Shown piece by piece: positions 41,149 to 52,749 of a DNA stretch of 64,000 bases; the stretch's first letter is position 1; every line of letters begins with the position of its first letter. This DNA is from Owenia fusiformis (lineage: Eukaryota): the NCBI GenBank assembly GCA_903813345.2, contig CAIIXF020000001.1, forward strand, positions 32,860,001-32,924,000. Direction: 5' to 3'. A program made the translations under genes and the position numbers. Below the pieces are notes generated by a model that worked only from the letters and a program-made list of their open reading frames with translations, searched no databases and had not been told where the DNA came from.

Positions 41149-44100
41149 TAGCGAGATCAATAGTGCAAAAATAGTTCCTTCATGGAACGAAGCGTGAAAC
41201 TTTCCACATATCATCAGAATACTATTCCCTTTGATTTAAGAGCCAGAGCCATTTTTGTGGTCCACTAGAATGATCCAAAAATAATAAGTACCCCCTCCCA
41301 CCAAATCCCATGGGGGTGGGGAGATATCGAAATATTTTTTTCATAAAAAATTTCTTTGAATATGGTCATACTACAGTTTTAGAGTGCTATTTTAATGGTA
41401 AAGAAATTTTGTAAACATAACAAGATGATTTATCATCAATTTTCATCATTGTTAAAGATTAATCATGGGCGACGCCCACTTTTCATACCTTGAACATTTA
41501 GGTTATTAAATCTCTATCATGGGTTGAACAAATAAATGTAATTCAGTTTTCTGGATGACACCAGATACCTTTTTGATGTAAGGTGCTATAATTAATCTTT
41601 GCATTTGACTTCTTAAAGGCTTAGACCATATCACACCCCTGTTTAGAAGAAAGCAAGCAACAAATGTCCCAGATCTACAACATGTATCCACTATTCTATG
41701 TACATGTATGTCGAGTCTCTATACTCTCCTGAAGAGAACCTATGCTACAGACACAACTGTCCAGAATTTAGATGATGATGTGCTTAAACAGTTTGATGAA
41801 TGGTGTGCTGACCGAGTGCCTAAACAGTTTGATGAATGGTGTGCTGACCAACAGAATGTACCAGTCTTCAAGCTTTGGTTTCTGATTATTTAAATTGAAA
41901 TACTGTGCCTTGACTATGTGAGGGCTAATAGGACAGGAGAATTTTCCTCTTTATTTCCAGATGGTTTCTCTTTGATTTTCATAGTTGTTAAAGACTAGTC
42001 ATGGGCGACGCCCACTTTTCATATGCTGAACATTTAGGCTATTAAACCTCTTTCATGGGTTGAACCAGAACCAGAAAGGCCGCCACAGTCACAGCCTGCA
42101 GTCTCTAAATTCTCAAGAGAGCGTATACTACATATACAGCTGTCTAGAATCTAGATAATGAAGTGATAAACAGTTTGATGAAAGGTGTGCTGACCAACAG
42201 AATGTACCAGTCTTTAAGTTTTGGTTTCAGATTATTTGAATCGAAATACTGTGCCTTAACTAAGTGTAGGCTACTAGAGAGGGAAATTTCCCTCTTTATC
42301 TCCAGTCAAGCTTGTCACCTGGTTTTTCGTTTTTTGACCTTGTCAATATACTTGCTGAGTACCAGTTCAGTATATCATCAGAACTCAAAGTTCAAAAATG
42401 GATAGCTTTTGGAAAAGTAAAAAATTAGAAATATCTCACTTCCAATGAAATTGCGTCTCCCCTTATTTCATGCTCTCACAGGATCAGACACTACACAAGC
42501 AAAGGCTGGGAAAATGATTTGGGTGCCAGTGTAGAGTGTTGAAGTGCTTAAATCCACAAAATAGGATATTTGAACAACTGCAGTTAAGATACCTAATAAG
42601 GTACTCTCATAAAGTGCTCATAAAGTGCTCTCATTAAAAGTCAAAATAATGTATCATTAATTGTGAATTATATATTATTATATCTTTATATCTAAAAGGG
42701 GTGTGGCCTTTCAATTGACCTACTTAAAGCATTTATCATCTTAACATAAATAACTGACTTATCAATTTTATTCAGCCTTATTAGGTGATTTTCCTATTCA
42801 TAATAGAAGACTCATTAACTTGTATATTAACATGTTGATAAAGTGGGTGTCGTCCTTGGTCAGGCTTTAATAATGAATATCCATGAGAAATACGGATGCA
42901 ATCTTGAAAATTGTTTTTAAACACTGAAAATAACATACTAAAAATGAATATAGATCACATTTAAAAAATCAACAAAAAAATACTTCCCTCCAACTCCCCC
43001 CAGGATTTGATGGGAGGGCACATTTGCAATTTTTCAGATATCATCAGGACACCATTCCCTTTGATTTAAGAGCCAGAGCCATTTTTGTGGTTCACTAGAA
43101 TGACAAAAAAGCACTTGCATCTTTTTGTTGAGCACTGTTGTTTGCAGCTGCATTTTACTAGCATTTGGCATGCATCTGAAGCTTGGGCAATGTTTTCCAC
43201 ACTGGCAACCAAATTATTTTCCCAGCCTTTGTGGTAATGGATTCCCAACTCAATTGTGAGGGTGAAGCGAGGACTGACATAGGTATAATTGTCTGGAACC
43301 AACTTATGCAACTTATGGTGGGATGTTCTCAATTTGAGCTGTTTTCTTTGTGAACATTTCTTGTCTTGCAGCATTTACAGTTATTTCATTGTTGTCTCTA
43401 TTGTATAAAATCACAAGACGTTCAATGATTGGAATCCAGATATAGTGTCTGAACCTGTTGGGGCATGAAATAAGGGGAGACACATAGTCCTACCATGTCA
43501 AAGGGCAGCTGCAATTTCATGAGAAGCGAGATATCTCTAATTTTTTACTTTTCCAAAAGCTATCCATTTTTGAACTTAGAGTTCTGATGATATACTGAAC
43601 TGGAACTCAGCAAGCATATTGACAAGGTCAAAAAACAAAAAACCAGGTGATAAGATTGCTAATAGACTAGATGTGAGTAGAAAAAATCTTGATTTACGTC
43701 ATTAAATATTCAAAATTCAGTCAAAGTGATATCATATTTGAAATCTACATGTAAAAGTACATCTACAAATATGATTTCGAAAATTGTTTATTAACTTTGA
43801 AAATTTAATTTTTTTGAAAATGTGACTTCTAGCTCGGGTTGATTCCCCATAGACCCCATGTTACAAAATCACAAAAAGAGAAATATCTTTTCTTGTATTG
43901 GACAGATAAAATTTTCTTTTACTGGACATATTTTAATTCACACAACAATTAGATACATAAGGGTTATATGAAAATTGAACCACTAAAACATATGTAATTT
44001 AAGTTAAAGGGAACATTCTACTATACCTGCCATGCTATCTGACCCGAACGAGCCACCTGGTGGTGAAACTAGTAACTACTTACTCGCATCTGCGTTATTG

Positions 44101-44917
44101 ACTGGAGATAATTTCCCTCTCTGATAGCCCACACTTAGTTAAGGCACAGTATTTCGATTCAAATAATCGGAAATCAAAACTTAAAGACTGGTACATTCTG
44201 TTGGTCAGCACACCTTTCATCAAACTGTTTAGGCACTGGGTCAGCACACCATTCATCAAACTATTTAAGCACATCATCATCTAAATTCTGGAAAGTTGTA
44301 TCTGTAGCATAGGTTCTCTTCAGGAGAAAATAGAGACTCGACATACATGTACATAGAATAGTGGATACATGTTGTAGATCTGGGACATTTGTTGCTTGCT
44401 TTCTTCTTCTAAACAGGGTTGTGCTATGGTGTAAGCCTTTAAAAAGTCAAATGTTAAGATTAATTATAGCACCTAACATCAAAAAGGTATCTGGTGTTAT
44501 CCAGAAAACTGAATTACATTCATTTGTTCAACCCATGATAGAGATTTAATAATCTAAATGTTCAAGGTATGAAAAGTGGGCGTCGCCCATGATTAGTCTT
44601 TAACAATGATGGAAATCAATGATAAATCATCTTGTTATGTTTGCAAAATTTCTTTACCATGAAAATAGCACACTAAAACTGTAGTATGACCATATTCAAA
44701 GACATTTCTTTATGAAAAAAATATTCCTATATCTCCCCACCCCCATGGGATTTGGTGGGAGGGGGTACTTACTATTTTTTGATCATTCTAGTGGACCACA
44801 AAAATGGCTCTGGCTCTTAAATCAAAGGGAATGGTATTCTGATGATATGTGGAAAGTTTCATGCTTCGTTCCATGAAGGAACTATTTACCTGTTTTCTTG
44901 CACTATTGATCTCGCTA
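41149..44917. mobile_element. AcademX-type DNA transposon, rearranged deletion derivative
   Basis: TAGCGAGATCAATAGTGCAA termini, ATG 3-bp TSD, about 800-bp inverted arms. Remnants LPLFHALTGSDTT (XPG-like FHAxTGCDT motif, about 42457-42495), LVKCSCKQQCSTKRCKC (Cys-rich tail) and PVFKLW...YVRANRTGEF. Confidence 0.85.
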
Positions 44918-45833
44918 ATGAAACTAGTTCATAAATCAAAGGATATATGAGCTATTGTTATGATTTCTACACTAGTACTAGTACAAATATGAATACTATC
45001 CTAACGGTATAGGTTGATACCCTTATTGGTCTAAGAAAAAATACAATAAACAGGAAAAAGATACGCAATTTTTGTCTTGCCAATTTTATATTTGTAGCTT
45101 CATGCAAAATATGACAGCTTTGACAGCTCAAAGTAGTATTCTAAAACCATTTCCAATCTTTGTGCGATATTGAAATACATCTATTTAATTATGTAGTACT
45201 ATTTGTAATTTTAATATGACTTTATAGTGCCCTACCCCTGGAAAATTGAAGAAAGTGGATGTGGTCAATTTTATCATTTTGCAGCATTAAGTTAGAAACA
45301 TGTATTGATAGACACCAAATCAATGCATCCAAAACACCATCAAATGTTAGGTGACATTCTAATTCATTTATTACTAGAATATAGGACTTAAGATATTTTA
45401 TATGTAAGTTTTCAATTTAGTACATGTATCATAATGCAAAATTCTGCAAAAAATTCTGCAAGAAAAAAAGCAAATTCTGCAAGGAGAAAATCGAAATTCT
45501 GCACAAATTTTCAAAAAAAGTCCAAATTCTGCAATCTTTTAAAACGGAAGTCAGCACCTTTCTAGGTAAGAACTGCGCGTCATTAGCGAACTCGCTTTAG
45601 CGAATTTAAACGTGATAGAATGTTGAATTTCATGGTGAAATGTACTTGTACTCAATAATGATTGATTGTTGGACATAAACAGACACTCTTCAAATACCCC
45701 GCAAAGGTAGGAGATCGTAAAATATGTAATTTCCGGAAATTCTGGTAATTCCGCGGGATTTTCATGAAAATCAGGGATTCTGCAAAAAATTGAAGTTTTG
45801 TCAAATTCCGTCCACGCCACGGAATTACGGAAT

Positions 45834-46875
45834 ACTAGTATCTATGATAATGAAATCTAAACGTATTTTACTATAACTCGAAAAGTAGTGGAGCGATTTT
45901 GTTAAAATGGCGGCCATTTTGAAAAATGGCCGCCTTCTACCAAAAGTGTCATTAGACAGTGTGCCACGATTACGGTATTCACATACCAAATATGAACAAA
46001 ATCGCTTCACTACTTTTCGAATTATTATAAAATACATTAAAATGGCGGCCATTTTTCAAATTTTTTTTCAAAATGGCCACCTTCTACTAAAGTGTCATAG
46101 GATAGTGTGTCATGCTTTTAGTATTCACATACCAAATATGAACAAAATCGCTCTCCTACCTTTCGAGATATAGTAAAATACGTTAAAATGGCGGCCATTT
46201 TTCAAAATGGCCACCTTCTACCAAAAGTGTCATTAGACAGTGTGCCATCCTTATAGTATTCACATACCAAATATGAACAAAATCGCTTCACTACTTTTCG
46301 AGTTATAGTAAAATAGGTTAAAATGGCGGCCATTTTGAAAAATGGCCGCCTTCTACCAAAAGTGTCATTAGACAGTGTACCATCCTTATAGTATTCACAT
46401 ACCAAATATGAACAAAATCGCTCCACTACTTTTCGAGTTATAGTAAAACAGGTTAAAATGGCGGCCATTTTTTAAAATGGCCACCTTCTACCAAAAGTGT
46501 CTTTAGACAGTGTGCAATGTTTATAGTATTCAAATACCAAATATGAACAAAATCGCTCCACTACTTTTCGAGTTACAGCAAAAATCGTAAAATAACGAGT
46601 AAAGGCCGCCATTTTTCAAGATGGCTGCCATGTGCTTCTTTAATATCTTCATTTCTAGCTTTATTATAATGTCCTATATAATTTTTTTACATCTAAAACA
46701 TATTGCTATTACAGTTTTACATATTGCACCTAAATTACTGTACATTTGGCACTAAAATGGCCGCCATTTTGAAAATCGGCTTTCGAGCAGAACTTCTACC
46801 CCCATAGGGAATATGTGTACAAAATATGAACAAAATCGGGCCAACGGTATTTGAGTTATTGCCCGGACGGACGGG
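45834..46875 (+). mobile_element. Helentron/HINE-like element, about 134-bp cores
   Basis: About 5 homogeneous cores, then the same spacer and (GGAC)n as the copies at 21000 and 35740; 3' hairpin missing. Confidence 0.75.
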
Positions 46876-47832
46876 CAAAATAGTGAAATATTGGACCTTG
46901 AGGCCCTTGGTCCAATATTTCACTATATTGCCCTTTGAAATGACGTTATTGTACTATTATAGTAAACCCTGAAATATTTTCCTAGGTGGGTAAAACGCTA
47001 AAAATCAGTGTCATGGCCATCCCGTTGAGCTGTCATCTTTTAATATCTTTATCAGCATGACAAACTGATCAAGAAAAAATAGGTCTGTTGCTTTTTCTAA
47101 AAAATGCCTCAAAATCCCTTTCCCTTGAGATATTCTGAAATTGGAACCTGACAATAATGTTACTTGTTAATTAGAAAAGGTAAAACTCAAATATCACGGT
47201 AAAAAAATCAAGAGTCATGAACATCTGCTTGTGCCACGCCCACCCTTAAGTGTGGTCTTGAAGAATACTGGAACAGCCCCTATTATTTTCAAAAGCTGAC
47301 AATTTTTGGCATAAGCTTTTCACCAGTAACATGCCTCAATAAACTCTTGAGTATTTTAGGATTCTTTTTTTATGTAGTAGAACCTCTGGTTTATCGGTAG
47401 AACAAGGAAATTTTCATTTTTCATTGAGAAAGATCACCCCTTTTTTCAAGATGGCAGCTTGGGTTTAGAAAGGGAATAACCTTTATAACATCTGGGTATA
47501 GTACTGGCCTGGCACTGGATAGGTGCAGTCAGTAAGCATAAAATAGCCATGGTTACTTCAATGCAACCAGCTGATTCAAGTGGTAATTTGTAATCTCCTT
47601 AAACCAAGTTTTATCGCATAATCATCGGAATCGGATCGGAATGATCGTTATGTTACGCTGTTGGAGGACAGTGGTTAAGTTTTAAATTTTTGCAGATCTT
47701 TGTGTCTGATTTAATTCCTATCACCCAATATGGCAAGTGCTCCATCAATTCTATTCACCAGATGTGTTTTACAGTCATATTTGGCACACTGAGTGGACAA
47801 TAGACATGAGGTTTTATTAGTCATGTACTCAC

Positions 47833-48067
47833 CAAGATTTCAATGGTACCCCTAGAGATCTTTGTTGGGATGGACAAAGCCTGGAAGAAAGATGTTTTCT
47901 CAGGACCAAGACCAGTGTTCTGGGCAGGGATCTTTACATCAATTGGGGCAATAGCTCCAGCTCTGGCAGGGGCAGCTACTTTATTCTGGAGAAGCCTGTC
48001 TCTTACATCAGTGAGGTCATCTTTAGTTAGTACAAAGCCAACATTTCCCTTGATATATGGGAGTAAC
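47833..48067 (-). CDS. RPLP0: RPLP0 coding exon 3 (235 nt)
   Basis: [15 protein letters not shown]...[13 protein letters not shown]...[33 protein letters not shown] acceptor, GTGAGT donor. Confidence 0.98.
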
Positions 48068-48503
48068 CTACAATTAAGAGCAAAGATAAGAGACATATAC
48101 TTCAAAATGGACAAAGGATTAAGTAAAAAGTCAACATACTCTAGCCAGTTCTCAGTAAGATAAACATTTTAATGGTGTCTCCTAAGCCGATGCAAGCTGC
48201 TGGGTTTTTTAAAAAGTAATTATTATATGTTATGAAATATCTTAAACTTTAAATTAAAAGATTTGGCTGGAAATGTGTGAACAAGACTTTACTGGCAAGT
48301 TCTTTGGAAGATAAAATCAAAACAATTGCCTTAAATTACATTGTATGCCAAAATTCTGATTGGTTTAAGATTTCCATTCAAAGAAACATCCCTTAAAATC
48401 TGAAATTGATACCCAAAACAGTTTGCCTGGGAACAAGTAGACATGGTTAATTGGGATGCCATTCACAAACTGATTACAATACAGCAACCAAGGGTGCTAC
48501 ACT

Positions 48504-49790
48504 CACAGTGTATAACCCAAATGCTCCTACATGCACGACGGAGCGTTTCATTACTGAAATTAAACAAAGAAACGCTCCGGAGTAGGAAAACTGACTGGCG
48601 GGAATGATGAGCCATCTGACGATTTCCCCAATAATGGGAATAAGAGGTATGAGTTACATATTTCGAGTATACCATTCGATGGGTGTGATATTCATGTTGT
48701 ACTTGGCTGGCTGTTGACGTTTAAAGCAATTAGGAAGAGCTGTTCGAAGCAGTTAGTTATCAAAATTCAAAAACGTATTTGTCATTCTACCGGTCAAAAC
48801 CCCTTTTGTCGATTCATCTGATAAGTTGAGCTAAGATTAGAGCACCAACGTATATTTTAGTCAAATTCCAATGCTTCAACGCACCATACATTATCGTAAT
48901 AGTGATTTGATGACCGAAAATCCAGTCTTAAAAATGATGACATTCTCATATTCAAGAAACTCTCCGATCTGGTTAACACAGTGAACTGGAAACGCTCCGG
49001 TAGTCTAGATCAGTTTAGGAAATATATAGCTTGCCTTTTCTTTTCAGGAAGAGAAAGAAAAGATCTATTATACCCCTTGGCATCAATAGAAGAAAGATTA
49101 ATTCATATACAAATTTTCGTTTTTTTCTATAGTTTTATGATTTAGCACAGTAGGCATGACATCATCTAATGTAGGCTTAAATCAGCTAGTTGCACGTTTA
49201 GCACCACCAGGTTCAGATGTTTCAATTTGCCTAACAAGTACAACACGTTTTTGAGAGATAGATTCGATTCGAAACGCTTCTCTAATAATCTGAAAATTAT
49301 ATCAAAACAAAATGGTAAGAGAATTTCTAAAATTGTGTTCTAAATCGACGGAGCGTTTCGAGGAAAACAAGCGATTTCTCGAGAACAAGTAATGGATTTG
49401 GACTGGGATTTTAGGAAATGAGAATATACGAGTTTGTGATCTACTACTTTAACAGAAAGATTAACGTTTTCATAGAAATACTAGTTTAATTAGTAATTTG
49501 TGGTCAAATCGTCATCTTCAGATTCGTTCGATCGAAACTACGGAGCTTTGATCAAGCAAATAACAGCTTACCACCAGAAGTTAATAAATCAGATCTTTGC
49601 TCACAGTATTGTTCATCGAATGGTACATAATATTTCACCATAACATATGATATGTAAGAGAAACGAGAGGAACAATACTTACAGTCATAGTGGAATCTTC
49701 ATTAGCCGCCATTTTATTTCGCTCCGGAGCGTTTCCGCGTAAATGAAACGCTCCGTCGTGCATGTAGGAGTGTTTGGGTTATACACCGTG
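48504..49790. mobile_element. Non-autonomous Transib/RAG-like transposon
   Basis: About 48-bp TIRs starting CACAGTG / CACGGTG, exact 5-bp TSD ACACT (48499-48503, 49791-49795), repeated internal GAAACGCTCCG motifs, no transposase ORF. Confidence 0.8.
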
Positions 49791-49816
49791 ACACTGCTAC
49801 ATGAGTAGTTACTTAC

Positions 49817-49892
49817 TTCTCAAGGCCAGGGTTGTTCTCAATGTGACCACGGATAGCTTTACGCATCATGGTGTTTTTGCCCATGAGAACAG
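49817..49892 (-). CDS. RPLP0: RPLP0 coding exon 2 (76 nt)
   Basis: (T)[24 protein letters not shown](K); TTTTTCAG acceptor, GTAAGT donor; phases 1 and 2 join correctly to both neighbours. Confidence 0.97.
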
Positions 49893-49967
49893 CTGAAAAA
49901 ATTAAAATTGTTTAATGAATCTACAGTATAAGGATAGATAAAGGAATGGTGTATGTTACGAAGTGTT

Positions 49968-50099
49968 AGTTCTCAGACTGCTGGATAAAGCAGTTTATTG
50001 CTCTCAGCCCTACTGTCCACCCCAGTGGGTCCACCTTATTACAGGTTCTGGGGTGTAGTGACAGAAAGGCTCACCATCAAATGTCTTCATCATTGAACT
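49968..50099 (-). ncRNA. SNORD22: Box C/D snoRNA, U22 (SNORD22)-like, copy B
   Basis: Near-identical to copy A between box C (ATGATGA) and box D (CTGA) but with a different terminal stem, AGTTC/GAACT. Box D about 80 nt from the 3' splice site. Confidence 0.88.
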
Positions 50100-50630
50100 G
50101 ATCATTTAAATTAGCAAAAATAAAAACTAAGAATAACTTTCTACTTATTTTATTCTTCATCAAAAATAAACTATTTAAGTGCAACTTTTCACCATTTAAG
50201 AATATTAGAATGTTAAGTTTAAAAATGCCTAATACAAAATCTGAAACATTACATACTAGAACCTGAAATGTCAAAATTAAAAGCTTTTTTGATGTGATCA
50301 CTGATGTCATCATAGTGACATATTATTAGCAGCATGAGAAAATGGAAAACTATCAGTTTGATGTATCATTGACCCAAAGTTCATCCTATTTTTGAATGAG
50401 TGAGAGATGAATTTTGCTATGTAAAACTTTATGGGACATGAGCTGTTTAAATATAACATGAAGCCGGAATTCAAAATTAAATTGGCTTATGGTATCAAAA
50501 AAGTTATCTTCCAAAGTTTTACAGGTATTGCATAGACAATAGATGTTCATCTCTTGGCTTTGATTTTGGCTTTAAATAAAGGCCAAGTTATATGTTTAAC
50601 TTGTGTGAACTGAAAGTAAAGACTACTCAC

Positions 50631-50784
50631 TTGCTGTGCCTCTCATAAACTGACGGATATTCTGCATTTGTTTTGAGCCCACATTGTCAGCACCAACGAT
50701 GAAAAGTCTTGGGTACTCATCCAAAAGTTGGATAATCTTCAGGAAATAGTTAGCCTTCCAGGTTGCCTTATCTTCCCTAACCAT
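50631..50784 (-). CDS. RPLP0: 60S acidic ribosomal protein P0 (uL10), first coding exon
   Basis: Minus strand reads [51 protein letters not shown], the P0 N-terminus. ATG at 50784, donor GTGAGT after 50631. The exon starts at 50827 after a TTTGCAG acceptor, so 43 nt are 5' UTR. Confidence 0.97.
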
Positions 50785-50974
50785 CTTGGTGTATTAGGGA
50801 TTGCTGCTACACAGTTTAAAGAGAAGACTGCAAAGAAATAATTTGAAATAACTTTGATTAGTCCTTGTACATCACCAGTGATCTCCCAGGATATTTTTGT
50901 AGCATGGGGGAATTTTTAATGAAGTTTCACCACTCCCTTTGCTTACACGAAGGCTTCCCATATGACCGCTGTGT

Positions 50975-51290
50975 TACAGATGGCTACCCTTCCGATGTAA
51001 TAAAAAACAGCGAATCTCTTGTCTTGTCCAACCTATGACAACACTTTTTAATTACATTTTCAATAAAGGTGACTATCCAGATCAATGGATCATTGGCATG
51101 CTCAGTCCCATCTTCAAGCAAGGAAGTCAATTCAATCCAGATAATTATAGAGGTATTAATGTCCTGGCATGTATTGATAATGTATTTGATTCAGTGATTC
51201 ATAACATAAGTTTTTAATGCTGAGACAGATAACTCACAAGATCGATATCAAGGTGCATTCAAGAAAAACAGTAGAACAACAAACACTGGC
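50975..51290 (+). pseudogene. L2/CR1-type LINE ORF2 fragment
   Basis: DGYPSDVIK...LFNYIFNKGDYPDQW..PIFKQG..NPDNYRGI..YQGAFKK, the N-terminal region of a LINE RT. Confidence 0.8.
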
Positions 51291-52749
51291 ATGTAGCGGC
51301 CCTGATATCGATAAATTCTACACGCAATATAACCAGATACTACGTGAATGATTAAAACTCTACACACTAGAGCTTCGATATCCGGGCACTTACTCTTACA
51401 CTGAACTGAAAATTGAATCGTCTGCACGTGTATGTGTTGGCTTCCGTGCACGTTTATCAACATTTATACTCAACTGAGAGAGCAGGCATGCTTATATCAA
51501 GTAATAGTTGGATTTAATTACAAGTGGGTGCATTTGTAACACAATATGTTGCTGATAGAGTGTCATTAGAAGAACCATTAAATCTCAAGATAAGAGCCTG
51601 ATTTTAAATGAAGGACCCACAGTCCTGTGCTCACACAGTTTGGAACCTACAGAGGAATGTATATACTGACTTTCAAACAAAAATATTGATTTGGATTTGT
51701 AGTCTTGAACTTTGAGAAACTTAGATTGTAGATAGCACAGTTGTGTGACCTAGTTTGATGACCTTTGACCTTGAAAAATAACTTATTTTTACTGTTTTTT
51801 GACATCAAATATCACAAAAACGGTAAAAATTTGATACTGACATATATTGAGCAATATGTAGGGAATGCTTAAATCTAGTAATGATGTAATTCATTGCAAG
51901 AAATGATCAAGTATAAGGCAAACTTTGAGAAACTTGTCAATCAAAAAACCTGCCATTGACTTTATACATGAGAAAGTTTCTTGAAAATGACTTAGTCCTA
52001 CTTTTTGTCAAATTTTATAGAGTAAAAACCAAAAACTGTAATTCCAAGAGCTTTGAAATCTTCAGAGGATATAAGTTGCATATACAGCAACTACTAAAAG
52101 TTATTTGAAAGTTCTACTTCAACAAAGTGTCTAGTATTTACAGAAAATTTGACTTTTTGACGTCAAAATCCGCAATTTCTCGGAAACCGGGCGAACTTGT
52201 GAAATGGCGATGATAGGTCAAATAGGCATTACGGATATGCATAAAATGAATGTGGATATGACTCAATCCGAATAGCAGTTTTAATTTGTGCGGCCAATGT
52301 TGACGGACGGACGGACCAACAGACGCCTGGTCGATCCCATAGGCTCACTATGTGAGCCAATTATGGGACTGCTCACTTTCCTGATATTACAGAGTTCATT
52401 CGCCTTTGGTCTGGCCTTACACGTCATACATTTGCATAAGGCGGCCTTGCTCAATCAGCTTCTATACGCCCGTTGCAGGCAAACAGCAGATAGTTCAATA
52501 GTGGATATACATGTAATGAAAGAAATTCAAATGATAGACCATACATATGATAATGAAACATCAGTGACAATGGATATTTTCAATACTTGAATCGGGACTT
52601 GAATTTAAATACCAGTAGCTTCACAATGATTTTAAGCAGTCCTCGAGTGTGCCATTCCAATAAATCAACTTATCTTGTTGAATATATTACAGACTAAATA
52701 TTCTCTGTGACTACATGTATACAGTTTATTGTAAGTGCATGAAACTAGG

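Larger units (their letters stand above)
40890..47190. mobile_element. Outer inverted-repeat element enclosing Academ and HINE insertions
   Basis: About 40890-41148 is an inverted match to about 46958-47190 (for example GGATGGCCATGACACTGA / TCAGTGTCATGGCCATCC); exact termini not resolved. Confidence 0.65.

Noticed and set aside
45825..46468. ORFs starting MAAIL in tandem arrays (also near 21.1, 36.2 and 55.4 kb)
   Set aside because: They arise from the ATGGCGGCC motif in repeat units, occur on both strands and show no protein features.
47843..48163. Plus-strand ORFs overlapping RPLP0 exons (also 40155-40340)
   Set aside because: Antisense shadows of real coding exons.
48140..48250. Possible third, decayed U22 copy (CTGA about 85 nt from the acceptor; short TGCTGGG and AAATATCTT matches)
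   Set aside because: No box C and no conserved core; the matches are too short to distinguish from chance.
50860..51000. H/ACA-like hairpin upstream of the first coding exon
   Set aside because: No proper H box after the hairpin, and the plus strand continues the adjacent LINE RT remnant (DGYPSDVIK).
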